A stretch of DNA of 63,880 nucleotides, filler included, from Octopus bimaculoides (Eukaryota): the NCBI RefSeq assembly GCF_001194135.2. It is 6 parts of 5 records of this genome, joined end to end, with 100 filler letters (N's around TTAATTAATTAA, not from the genome) between each part and the next. Parts side by side here need not be neighbours in the genome. Positions count along the whole stretch, not along the records: positions 51,895 to 61,261 come from NC_068988.1; positions 61,362 to 63,880 come from NC_068981.1; 4 more parts are not named here. One strand, given 5' to 3'. Made by a program: the position numbers and the translations under genes. Below are positions 53,090-63,880 of this stretch, one piece after another; positions within the stretch are counted from its first letter, which is position 1; each line of letters begins with the position of its first letter. The notes under the pieces were generated by a model. That model saw nothing but the letters and a program-made list of their open reading frames with translations. It searched no databases and was not told where the DNA came from.

Positions 53090-53600
53090 TCCTGTCCGAT
53101 TATCCGGCCATACGACGGTAAAACTTCAGTGATAAGATCGCCTGTGGAAGTGGATACGGAATAAAAGGGAAGAAGTGCAGTCGATATCACAAACATGGGC
53201 GCAGAAAACTTCGGTTACTTTTTGATGCTATTCATGTCATGTGAAGAGACAGATCATACGTTGAGACAAGGTCTCAAAGACCGGGGCCAAGATTGTGCTA
53301 ACAAATGCAGTGAAGGACGTTAAACGTAGGTAGAGCATTATAAAATAGGTTTGTAGAAAATGCAGGGGATGATGACCAGTTTGAAATGACAGATAGGAAC
53401 AGAAATATGTATATGTATTTGCACTGGGACCCCTTCGCATCGAAGACCGGTGATTGTCTTGCGCTGACGACGGGTAAATACCCAGAAACCCGGGTCCGTG
53501 CGTATCACGTCAGGTCGACGATGGGAAGGATGGCTTCCCTTTGCAAATACTGATAGGGCACAGAAAGTGTGTCAATAGAGAGCTGGAGGAGGTGTTCTCC
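53090..53600 (+). mobile_element. Putative Penelope-like 3' remnant (decayed GIY-YIG-like segment followed by hammerhead)
   Basis: My translation SCEETDHTLRQGLKDRGQD resembles the GIY-YIG GET.RTLRQRLKEH motif; it lies about 200 nt upstream of the 53460 hammerhead on the same strand. Confidence 0.45.
53460..53500 (+). ncRNA. Minimal type I hammerhead ribozyme, intact core
   Basis: TGCG-CTGACGA-C GGGT AAAT ACCC A-GAAA-CCCGGG-TC-CGTG; palindromic helix III; GUC site after 53496. Confidence 0.85.
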
Positions 53601-53690
53601 TGGGGCTACAAGCTACAGTAGCATCCACACTTAGTGGTTTGCCACATTTAAGTGGCAAATATACTTCACGTTATCTGTATATATACATAC

Positions 53691-53776
<86 letters not shown>

Positions 53777-55123
53777 GCGTTGTGGAGTAGGAGATTTTAA
53801 TAGATGATTCATTGAAGATAGCGTGATATGTTGTGGTGGTAGAGTTTAGAATTTTAAAGAAAAATTTATAGGAAGGGATATTATTTGGAAAGGTGGTGCG
53901 AACCATATGGAAGGTTTAAAGTCATTACAGTCTGGAGGTGGGGTTGACGAGTGCGATATATAGTGGGGATTTTTTTATTTTTTAAGATTGACGGAATGTG
54001 GATGAGAGGAAGGTCGAATAGGTTGAGGATTAGTACTAGGAAAGAGATGTGCAATATTAGTTTTAAGTTTAGTGTTGGGAATATTAATCCGTAGAATATG
54101 GCTGCTACCTTGCGCATAATATCTGAAGAGCGCATCGCATTTGCATAGTTTCTCTTTGGAGACTATTAGTGCCTTTGCTTAGGAAAGTATTTCTCCTTAA
54201 GGTCCCTGTAGTTTTGGCGGGATCTCGGATGAACAAACCGGTAGTTTGTACCGTATTCCCCATGTCAACATTTCTCTTCTCTAGCATTTCGGATTCCATT
54301 GGAGCCTCCATATTTAAGTTGTTTTTTGTTGTTTATTTGGTGGTTTTGAGTTTCGGTTTTAGTTTTAGTTGTTTAATCTTTTCCTCTTCCTTTCTCTCCC
54401 TTTCTTCTTTATGCTTGTGCACGTGGTTTTTCCTTCCTTTACTGGTGGTAGCCCTTGCATTCCTCTGGTTGTCTATAGGGCTGGGGGATCCATTCTTTTG
54501 TGGGACCACTGGATGAGAGGCACTTCTGGTTCTGGTTTCATCTTCCCTATCCCTATCAGCCTTCGTAATTGTGTACCATGTTCTCCGTTTTTTGTTTGTT
54601 TTTTTTTGTCTTTGTTACCGTACACATTCGCTAGCTTTCTTACAAAGGGGTCTAATGCTCTTAGCTTAGACTTTTTTTTGGGGGGGGGGCAACCAGATCG
54701 AACCAACTCAAGTGTAACTGCCCGAAATTATAGTGACTTCTGGTACTTGACTGAAGAAAGTAGGTCACGAATAACCAGTTTTTTGCCTGTCCTTTTAATT
54801 GTTGTTTCTCTTGTCCTCCTTTGTATCGTCTTGTCCGTCTTTGTAACGTCCAGACGTTTTAATGCCCCCTATTACGTTTTGTTCCATTTTTATATTTATA
54901 TATATGCATACATACGTACACATATATATGTATACTTNNNNNNNNNNNNNNNNNNNNNNNNNNNNNNNNNNNNNNNNNNNNNNNNNNNNNNNNNNNNNNN
55001 NNNNNNNNNNNNNNNNNNNNNNNNNNNNNNNNNNNNNNNNNNNNNNNNNNNNNNNNNNNNNNNNNNNNNNNNNNNNNNNNNNNNNNNNNNNNNNNNNNNN
55101 NNNNNNNNATATATATATATATA

Positions 55124-55163
55124 GGTATTGTAAATTTTAAAGCTTGAAACACGTGTACCGCGG
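55124..55163 (+). ncRNA. 3' half of a hammerhead, same family as 13688
   Basis: GGTATTGTAAATTTTAAAGCTT-GAAA-CACGTG-TA-CCGCGG is nearly identical to part of 13707-13756; the 5' half is replaced by (TA)n and a gap. Confidence 0.6.
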
Positions 55164-55200
55164 AATCCTTTGTGTTCTGTTTTCATTTTACGTTTTTACG

Positions 55201-55243
<43 letters not shown>

Positions 55244-56036
55244 GCACACAGACAGACAGACAAACAGGCAGGTAGACAGATATGCACGCATGCATGCATA
55301 CATACATACATACATACAGACAGACAGATAGACAGATCCATATACAGATACATCATATTTGCACACATCTCTGCTTAAATGTAATAAACGTAAATATTTA
55401 TTTACTGTCAAATTCCAGATTCGCTACCAATAAATAGATCTTAATTTTCAACCATTTTATAGATTAGTTCGGTTATAAAGAAGACCTTCAATTCAAATTA
55501 CACAGTACTCGTTGAAAATATATATTTACATCAGCACGCATAAACCCATAAAATGTTAAATAAATTCCTTATACAGGAAGTCTAATATAAACCATAATAA
55601 ACGCCAAACCTCACAGTAAACTGGCCAGCCGAGCACTTCTCTGTTATTGAGACTAGAAAATTCGGTTTTGTAGATCCAATAGATGTACTAGCGCGTATGG
55701 TTGATGGTTGTATACGAAAGAGTGACAGGGACTAGGAAAGAGAAGCAGGTGATCAATATTCCCTATAAATATTATATAAAATTTATTTATGAGCGTAGAA
55801 ATTGATATTAATCAATTATAACCAGTGGTCTAGCATATTAAAAAAATCCGAAGATTAAAATCATATTACATACAAAAATAAGAGGGATGACCAGAAAAAG
55901 TGGACTCCTATATGCTAGAAATAGATGCCGAATCATCTAACCACGAAAAATATGTTCTCAGTAAACATTTAGCGACGCAACAGACTGTAAAATGGCAAGA
56001 CAAATGAAAAAATACTAAATTAAAAAAACGATTAAC

Positions 56037-56101
56037 CTATGTACCATGGTTTCACCTATTAAAATTTACATAAATAAATATCTGCAGGATCATCAGCGTA
56101 G
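56037..56101 (-). ncRNA. Minimal type I hammerhead ribozyme
   Basis: Minus strand: CTACG-CTGATGA-T CCTG...TAGG T-GAAA-CCATGG-TA-CATAG. The inverted copy at 56409-56465 has CAGG and CGTAG, which restore perfect helices II and I. Confidence 0.8.
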
Positions 56102-56408
56102 TCTGTCGATTTATAAAATATAATTTCCAGAACTAGACACAAGACGTCCACCCGAAAGAGAGCACGTGTAGAGTTCTACAAATTACATTCAGTGTATCCT
56201 TTCAAATGTCTTTAATCTGGCGCGCTAAGTCCAGAAATAACTCTGCAGTTAATAAATTTTTGCAGCTAATCTAATGGTTTGAGAACATCATTATTTAAAA
56301 TCTATTAATAAGGGTAGAAATTGATATTAATCAATTAAAACAAGTGGTCTAGAATATTAAAAAAATCCGAAGATTAAAATTATATTACATACAAAAATAT
56401 TTTATTTT

Positions 56409-56465
56409 ATGATCCTGCAGATATTTACTTATGTAAATTTTAACAGGTGAAATTATGGTACGTAG
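56409..56465 (+). ncRNA. 5'-truncated inverted copy of the 56037-56101 hammerhead
   Basis: ATGA TCCTG...CAGGT GAAA TTATGG TA CGTAG; CTG and the 5' helix I strand are missing. Confidence 0.6.
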
Positions 56466-56734
56466 GTTAATCGTTTTTTTAATTTAGTATTTTTTCATTT
56501 GTCTTGCCCTTTTAAAGTCTGTTGTGTCACTAAATTTTTACTGAGAACATATTTTTCGTGGTTAGATGATTCGGCATCTATTTCTAACATATAAGAGTAT
56601 TTTTGTATATATATATTATTTGAATGTGTATATGTATGTATGAATATGTGTGTATGTGTGAGTGTCTTGATAGATAGGCAGACAGACAGACAGACAGATA
56701 GAAACACGTATATTAAAGCGCGCGTTCTTTGGTG

Positions 56735-56809
<75 letters not shown>

Positions 56810-58049
56810 AATATATGAGTATATGCATATATATGTACATGTATGTACATACCTTCATCTACATGTACATATAGATACATATCTGGGTACATGACGTTGC
56901 AAAAAAACATGGACAAAATGATAAACAAGGTACAAAAAACAAGCAGGCCACATAGAGAACATATCCTTCATCAGCTGCCACCATTAAAACACCAGCGTTT
57001 CGAAGAATTAGGTATATATATATATATACATACACACATATACATACATATATGCCTATGTGAGTGTGTTGGAGCGTGTGTGTGTATGTGAATGTGTGTG
57101 AGTGTGTATGTATCTGTGTACGCACACATGCACCCATACACACATACACACACATACATATACATACAGATAAATATGTGTGTGAGAGCGTGCGCAGTTT
57201 GGTTGATAGTGTTATGCTCACGACCATAAGATCGTGGATTCGATTCGCGAACAGGATCAAGTGTGGTGTCTTTCTTTAAGGCACTTCATTTCACTTTGCA
57301 CCTTTCTAATTAGCTAAAAATTAGTACCTTTGGGCACTAGGGAGCCTCATTCTCTCGCCAGTTTTTATATCAAATGGGTTCCTCTGGATTCAGAGTGGAA
57401 GGCTGAAAGGGTGTTCATGTCTGTCTGTGACAGACACCAAAAGAATAAGTGCAAAGTGATGTTCTGTAGTGATATGCCCCACTTCCTCTACTTGCAACGG
57501 AGCAATTTTAACCAAAAGACTTTAAATTAATTGAACGTTCTAAGATTTCTTGTATGCAGATGACATTTCGGGGATGCAGCTGTGCAACTACTCCGCCAAA
57601 GCATCTGCAGACTTTATGTTTCCTTAGGCAAATCAACCAGCTTCTTACTCGATTGGGGACGATAATTCAGGGTTAGACCAGTAACAACTTCTAAGCAGAA
57701 AGATCCAAATATTAGAATGTAATGGTAAAATTGTGATTACAAAAATGTGAGAAGGTCACACAGACAGATGAAAAAATATGACAAAATAGAACCTTCAAAT
57801 CGAAAAAGATTTAATGAAATATTTGATGGAATTTAAAAACCCGGGATACCTAAAGGTGTATGTCAGTATTGGAGGCAGACGAACGAACTAGCTCCCTGAT
57901 AAAACAATAGAATAACGAATTAAGAGAGTATACACGAGTGAGGTTTGTACGAAGTCTCGAACTAAATACAATGAATAAAAATAGAACAAAATATTTGATA
58001 ACTTGTGTTGTTAAATAGTTTTAACATCGTAAATTGGAATATAAGTGAT

Positions 58050-59783
58050 ATCCTAAAATTGGATACCGATACATGGAATCTGTTCACAATATACAGAACA
58101 TACCTCCCAGAGGCGAATGTCTACAAACTTTACAAAGAAATATCGATATATGAGGCTGAGGATTAGCACAAGTAGAAACCAATTACAGTAACAATTGGAT
58201 TGGAAGTATACATCAAAGAAAACAATGAAAGACTCTGCAAATAGGAGAGAACCAAGAACAAAAGAAAAAAAAGACAAAATCAATAACAAAGCAAGGCTAA
58301 AAGAATCAAAGCAAAATAACAACAACAACAACAACGAAAAGCACGATATAAAGCCATTCTTCATCTACAAAGAAACAATGAAATAAGGACTGAAGATGCA
58401 TCACATGAGAAACAACCAAAGGATATAAGATGGAATATATGAAGTAGTAAAGGAAATGATGATGATGATGATGATTTCATTTATTTGCCACAAGGGCGAA
58501 GGATGCGGAGGACTATACAAAGGCAGGTATAAAGTGTGTGTGTGTGGGGGGGTTACGTATAATGAAATGATTTTTAAAAATTGAAGAAAGAAAGTATACA
58601 CGGTATAGGCGGTATACACTGCAAAAGAAGGGACATATGCATAGCATACAAAGATTAAAAAAAGTGGCAGGGAGGCTGGAAGAGATGTGGCCCGCCTGAT
58701 ACAGGAAGGCCTCCAAGGATAATCGAGGAATCCCACTGCCCGAGATTTCCCTGAAACCCCAAGAGTAAGTGCCCTCTCCAATTCCTTTCCTCTGACTCAC
58801 AGATATTGTAGAGAACTGCTATAATTATAGAGAACCGCTATAATTGCACGTTAGAAGATCAGGCTTGTGTAGGACGGAAGATTGCATACGTAAAACACTA
58901 CACAAACACTTGAGAAGGAATGAAACTGAAAATAGGTGGATGAAGAAAAGAATTCATGGACAATTTCATAGGGATATTCATGATAAGACTGACAGAGAAA
59001 AGAGGTGGCTATTGATGACTAAAAGTGATTTAAAACCGGAAACGGAGGCTCAAATCTGTGCCGCACAAGAGCAAGAACTTAGAACGAATTACATCAAATA
59101 CAGAATAGACAACACAGCAGAAAGTGATGAGTGCAGAATCTGTGGACAAAACGGTGAAACCGTATGGCATATTACTAGCCAATGTACGCCACTAGCCCAG
59201 AAAGAATATAAGAGACGTCATGACAATATAGCCAGGCTTGTCTATTGGACACTTTGCAACAAGTAGGGACTTGACAGAGCAAAAAATTGGTACGACCACA
59301 AACCCGAAGGCACCATCGAAAATGATAATGCAAAGATCCTATGGGATTTTATGATTCAGTGCGAACATTATATAGAGAATAGGAAACCAGACATAGTCTT
59401 AATTGAGAAAGAAAGTAAACTATGCTGGATCATAGATATAGCATGCCCATCTGACAACAAGGTGTGCGATAAGGAAGAAAGAAAAGTCGATGGATATGAG
59501 AGGTTAGCTTGGGAGGTTAAGCAGTTGTGGTCGATGAAAATGGTGATAGTAGTAGCAATAATTGTCGGAGCCCGGAGAATAGTGAGTAAAAATCTTGAGA
59601 CGTACATGGAACAAATAGGGGCTACTATAAGGATGGAGCACTTGCAGAAAACAGCACTACTTGGAACCGCGCGAATACTCCGGTTGGTGCTCGAAAACTA
59701 AGGGGTGTTACCATAGTTCACTGGTAGTGAACAGCTGACACCGTAGTACATCTCCAGCATCAGAAACTGTACAAAGGCAATAA
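58050..59783 (+). mobile_element. R4/Dong-clade RLE non-LTR retrotransposon 3' fragment 1
   Basis: LKPETEAQICAAQEQ, CCHC knuckle CRICGQNGETVWHITSQC, RRHD, KPDIVLI...IIDIACP...K (PD-D/E-K endonuclease); in-frame stop at 59264-59266; followed by (AAT)n. Confidence 0.9.
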
Positions 59784-59857
<74 letters not shown>

Positions 59858-59858
<1 letters not shown>

Positions 59859-60944
59859 GTAACAAAACAGGCACAGGAATATCTAAGTGAATTCCAAATA
59901 CAACAAATTCCAGAATTACACTACAAGAAGCAAGCACAGAAAAAGCTAAGCTTATGAAAACCCGTGCTAAAACTGCTGCCTTAGATATTCGTACTGATAA
60001 ATGGCAAGATAAATCTCTCAATGGCAAATGCCTAAAGAGAGCTGATAGTGCCGATGTTCACAAAGCCCTTACCCATCAATGGTTAGTGCCTTCTGGCTTA
60101 AAATCAGAAACAGAAGGGTTTATCATAGTAGCCCAAGGATCTACCAGTCCAACATATTAATGAACGGCAGTAGGCCAACATGTCGTATATGTCAACAACA
60201 AAATGAAACCATTGATCATGTTGTCTCCATGTGCAGTCTCCTTGCGCCTACAGAGTATCTCAACAGGCATGATAGAGCAGCAGAATATATTCGCTAGGTA
60301 ATTTGCAAAAATCCTGGACCTGCCCCATGATAAAAACTAGTGGGAACACAAACAACCTCCAGTGCTTGAAAATGATCACATCACACTCCTCTGGAACTTC
60401 GTCATTCAAACTGACAGAAAGATAGATGCAAATAGGTTAGACATCATATTGAAAGACTTCAGACAAAAATCATGTCTCCTCATTGATATGACTGTCCCAA
60501 TCGATATAAACGTATCTATCAAGACCTACCAAAAACTGAGCAAGTATAAAGATATTGAAATAAAAATTGGCAAAATGTGGAATCTCAGGACTAAAACAAT
60601 ACCTGTTGTCATAGGTGCCCTAGGAATGATAGCAAAAGGGGCTGATTATTACCTAGCTCAGATTCCAGGAAACCCCAAAATGGCAGAAATTCAAAAGATG
60701 GTGCTCATGGAAACTGCCCATATCCGACGTAAAATACTGTCTATGTGATCTCAAATTTTAAAACAAATACATAATTTTCTTATGGTTTCTTAAACATTCT
60801 CTAGAACAACACTATGTACAAATCCAAATATATGGTACCCTAGGCATAATACCAACTTGAACTCCTAACTAGTTCTCTCTTGAGGTCTCTGGGTGAGACT
60901 TGGAGTCAACTTGTACAATTGTAAAGCAAAAGTCAAACATATAA

Positions 60945-60945
<1 letters not shown>
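59858..60945 (+). mobile_element. R4/Dong-clade RLE retrotransposon 3' fragment 2, different subfamily
   Basis: GLKSETEGFII.AQ, CRICQQQNETIDHVVSMC, NRHD, NRLDII...LIDMTVP...KLSKYKD; frameshift and stops; followed by (AAT)n 60946-60999. Confidence 0.9.
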
Positions 60946-60999
<54 letters not shown>

Positions 61000-61000
<1 letters not shown>

Positions 61001-61179
61001 CTTAGAAATACCCCACCGTCTAGATGTACCGCAGAAGTCGACATTACTTGGAACTGCACGCATATTGCGTAAAGTATTGTCTGTCTGAGGTCCTAGTTGT
61101 GATTGACAAAAAGTACACACCCCCGGTAGTCACAATATCTTAATCAACAATCTCACGATATTGTATACTGTGCGACGTC

Positions 61180-61180
<1 letters not shown>
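61000..61180 (+). mobile_element. R4/Dong-clade extreme 3' fragment 3
   Basis: QKSTLLGTARILRKVLSV* plus its own 3' UTR, followed by (AAT)n 61181-61261. Confidence 0.8.
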
Positions 61181-61261
<81 letters not shown>

Positions 61262-61361
61262 NNNNNNNNNNNNNNNNNNNNNNNNNNNNNNNNNNNNNNN
61301 NNNNNTTAATTAATTAANNNNNNNNNNNNNNNNNNNNNNNNNNNNNNNNNNNNNNNNNNNN

Positions 61362-61400
<39 letters not shown>

Positions 61401-63154
61401 GTGCGTGTCTGTATGTGTATGCACGTATGTGTGTGTCTGTATGTGTATGCACGTATATGTGTGTCCTAGTTCATGTGACTGTTTCTCCAAAACAGAATTC
61501 GGTTTAACATTAAAATAATAACATAACCAAATCGATAAAATACAAACACCTTCAATAAGCAGCGGGGTTACTATTATTGTCTAAAACTGAACCATGAAGG
61601 GGTACACCAGTATGGCTGCAGTCCAATGACTGAAACCAGAAGTAACTAAAACAATAAATAGACACATACGTACACGTACACATAGAGTGAAAGATAAATA
61701 TATATAGCAAGGTAAATATAAATATATCTGCGCGTGTGTAGTGTGCGCGTGTGTGTGTATATTTACGAGCGTATGGACATACGAAAGACAGTGGTTCGCA
61801 GCGGAAAAGATAGGGGCTACGTGTATTGTTTAATAACAGTTTAATTGGCTGCAGGCACTTGAATTTTCGTGGGGTCGTCAAACGAAAGTATCTTGTCGTA
61901 GCTGAGCCCGATCAGCTGGATTCATTTGACGAGCCCACGAAACTTTAAGTTGCGTAGAGCCGAATCGAACTACTATTAAATAATATACGCGTGTGCATAC
62001 ATCTATTTATGCATGCATGTGTGAGTGCATGTATGTGTGTGCGTGTGAGTGCGTGCGTGCGCCTGTATATGCATGTATGAACTATGCATATATATGTGAT
62101 GTGTACTGCATGTCCATGAACAGTGACTATTAAAACAGCATTAGAACAATACCGTTGACAACACCAGCGATAATAACAGCGACGATGAAAACGACAGTCA
62201 CACTAATTGTAGGAAGAAAAACCAAAACGATTGCAATAACAAAAGTAACGTGAGTAAAAGCAATGTATAAATGTCTGCCGATCAATATTTCGAGATATAC
62301 TCCGTTCATTCGTTATATTTAGTGTACGGGTTATCACTCAGTTTTTCCAATGTTATGTATGCAACCACCTGCGTAGAGTAGCGGGGAGATTTCCCATCAC
62401 GCTGAAGAAGGGTGGTTGATGTGGAGGGCGTGGAAAAATCAGTGTAGTAAATGTAGTAAAACTGTATTTTAGCGTGAATGCGTGCGAATGTGAGAAGGTA
62501 TAAGAGAGAGTAAAGAAAAATGAACGCCGGAGGTGGGATTGGCAACGGCAAAGAAGAAAGAAAAGATGAAATGTACAGAAATCATACGTACACTGAAAAA
62601 GGTGAACGAATGACAGTAATAACGAAATGATATTAGCGAAATTGAAATGTATAGAGTTGGGGTGAGTAAACAGAATTTATATGTATGTACGTATGTATGC
62701 ATGTATATACGTATGTACGTATATATATGTATATATATATATATATNNNNNNNNNNNNNNNNNNNNNNNNNNNNNNNNNNNNNNNNNNNNNNNNNNNNNN
62801 NNNNNNNNNNNNNNNNNNNNNNNNNNNNNNNNNNNNNNNNNNNNNNNNNNNNNNNNNNNNNNNNNNNNNNNNNNNNNNNNNNNNNNNNNNNNNNNNNNNN
62901 NNNNNNNNNNNNNNNNNNNNNNNNNNNNNNNNNNNNNNNNNNNNNNNNNNNNNNNNNNNNNNNNNNNNNNNNNNNNNNNNNNNNNNNNNNNNNNNNNNNN
63001 NNNNNNNNNNNNNNNNNNNNNNNNNNNNNNNNNNNNNNNNNNNNNNNNNNNNNNNNNNNNNNNNNNNNNNNNNNNNNNNNNNNNNNNNNNNNNNNNNNNN
63101 NNNNNNNNNNNNNNNNNNNNNNNNNNNNNNNNNNNNNNNNNNNNNNNNNNNNNN

Positions 63155-63216
<62 letters not shown>

Positions 63217-63880
63217 GAAAAGTGAGATAGAATGAAAGAATGAAAAATAATTAACCGAGAGGAAGGACAAGAGGAAACCACCCAGATAGGAAGACAAAGA
63301 GATTGATAATTAAACCAGATGGGATTAATAAGTTAAGATGAAACTGAAAGCTAATTACTGAAAGATCTGGTGTGTGAGAATCTGCGAGAGTAAGAAGTTT
63401 TATTAATTGTTAGGACTGGCGTAAGAAAATTTATCTCAGAGGCATTCTGTGACATAAAGGTGACAAGCATGAGAGGTTATACTGGGGAAAAGAGAGTGGT
63501 TTTAAGAATGAAAGTGTGACATTGAGATAACGTGTGTGCGTGTGTATATTAGATGGCGTTATGTTGGGTGAGAAAGTGGGTGTTTTCAGTGTAATTAACG
63601 ATTACAGTGTTACGTGTAGTTAAGTTAGTTAAATGCTCTTTACCCTTTACTCTTTTTACTTATTGCAGTCATTTGACTGTGGCCAGGCTGGAGCTCCGCC
63701 TTTAGTCGAGCAAATCGACCCCTGGATTTATTCTTTGTAACTCTAGTGCTTATTCTATCGGTTATTTTTGCCGAACCGCTAGATTACGCGGACGTAAACA
63801 CACCAGCATCGGTTGTCAAGCGATGTTGGGAGGAGAAACACAGACATACAAACACATACATACATACATATATATATATA

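Larger units (their letters stand above)
55795..56622 (-). mobile_element. Hammerhead-bearing element with direct and inverted repeats (Penelope pLTR-like)
   Basis: X (55795-55880) is repeated directly at 56314-56399; Y (55904-56093) is repeated inverted at 56409-56598. Confidence 0.7.

Noticed and set aside
58385-58425. CTGAAGA...GAAA inside the R4/Dong fragment
   Set aside because: No NUH or helix I; chance match in coding remnant.

Overview
AT-rich, microsatellite-rich, gapped eukaryotic scaffold. The repeat families suggest a cephalopod, probably Octopus (inference). There is one clear protein-coding gene, the intronless-CDS U7 snRNP component LSM10 (8279-8689, +). Most of the rest is transposon-derived: three SINE families, piggyBac-, hAT- and pogo-like MITEs, a Helitron derivative with both termini, a mariner remnant, and R4/Dong-type RLE retrotransposon fragments stacked in (TAA)n tracts. 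The main hidden signal is non-coding. Minimal type I hammerhead ribozyme motifs (CUGANGA...GAAA...NUH) of at least five distinct sequence families are scattered across the window. Most have a palindromic helix III and lie in short ORF-less elements with nested inverted/direct repeats, one bounded by a 12-bp target-site duplication. This fits non-autonomous Penelope-like or retrozyme-like elements. All pairings and translations were read by eye; no folding or database search was run.
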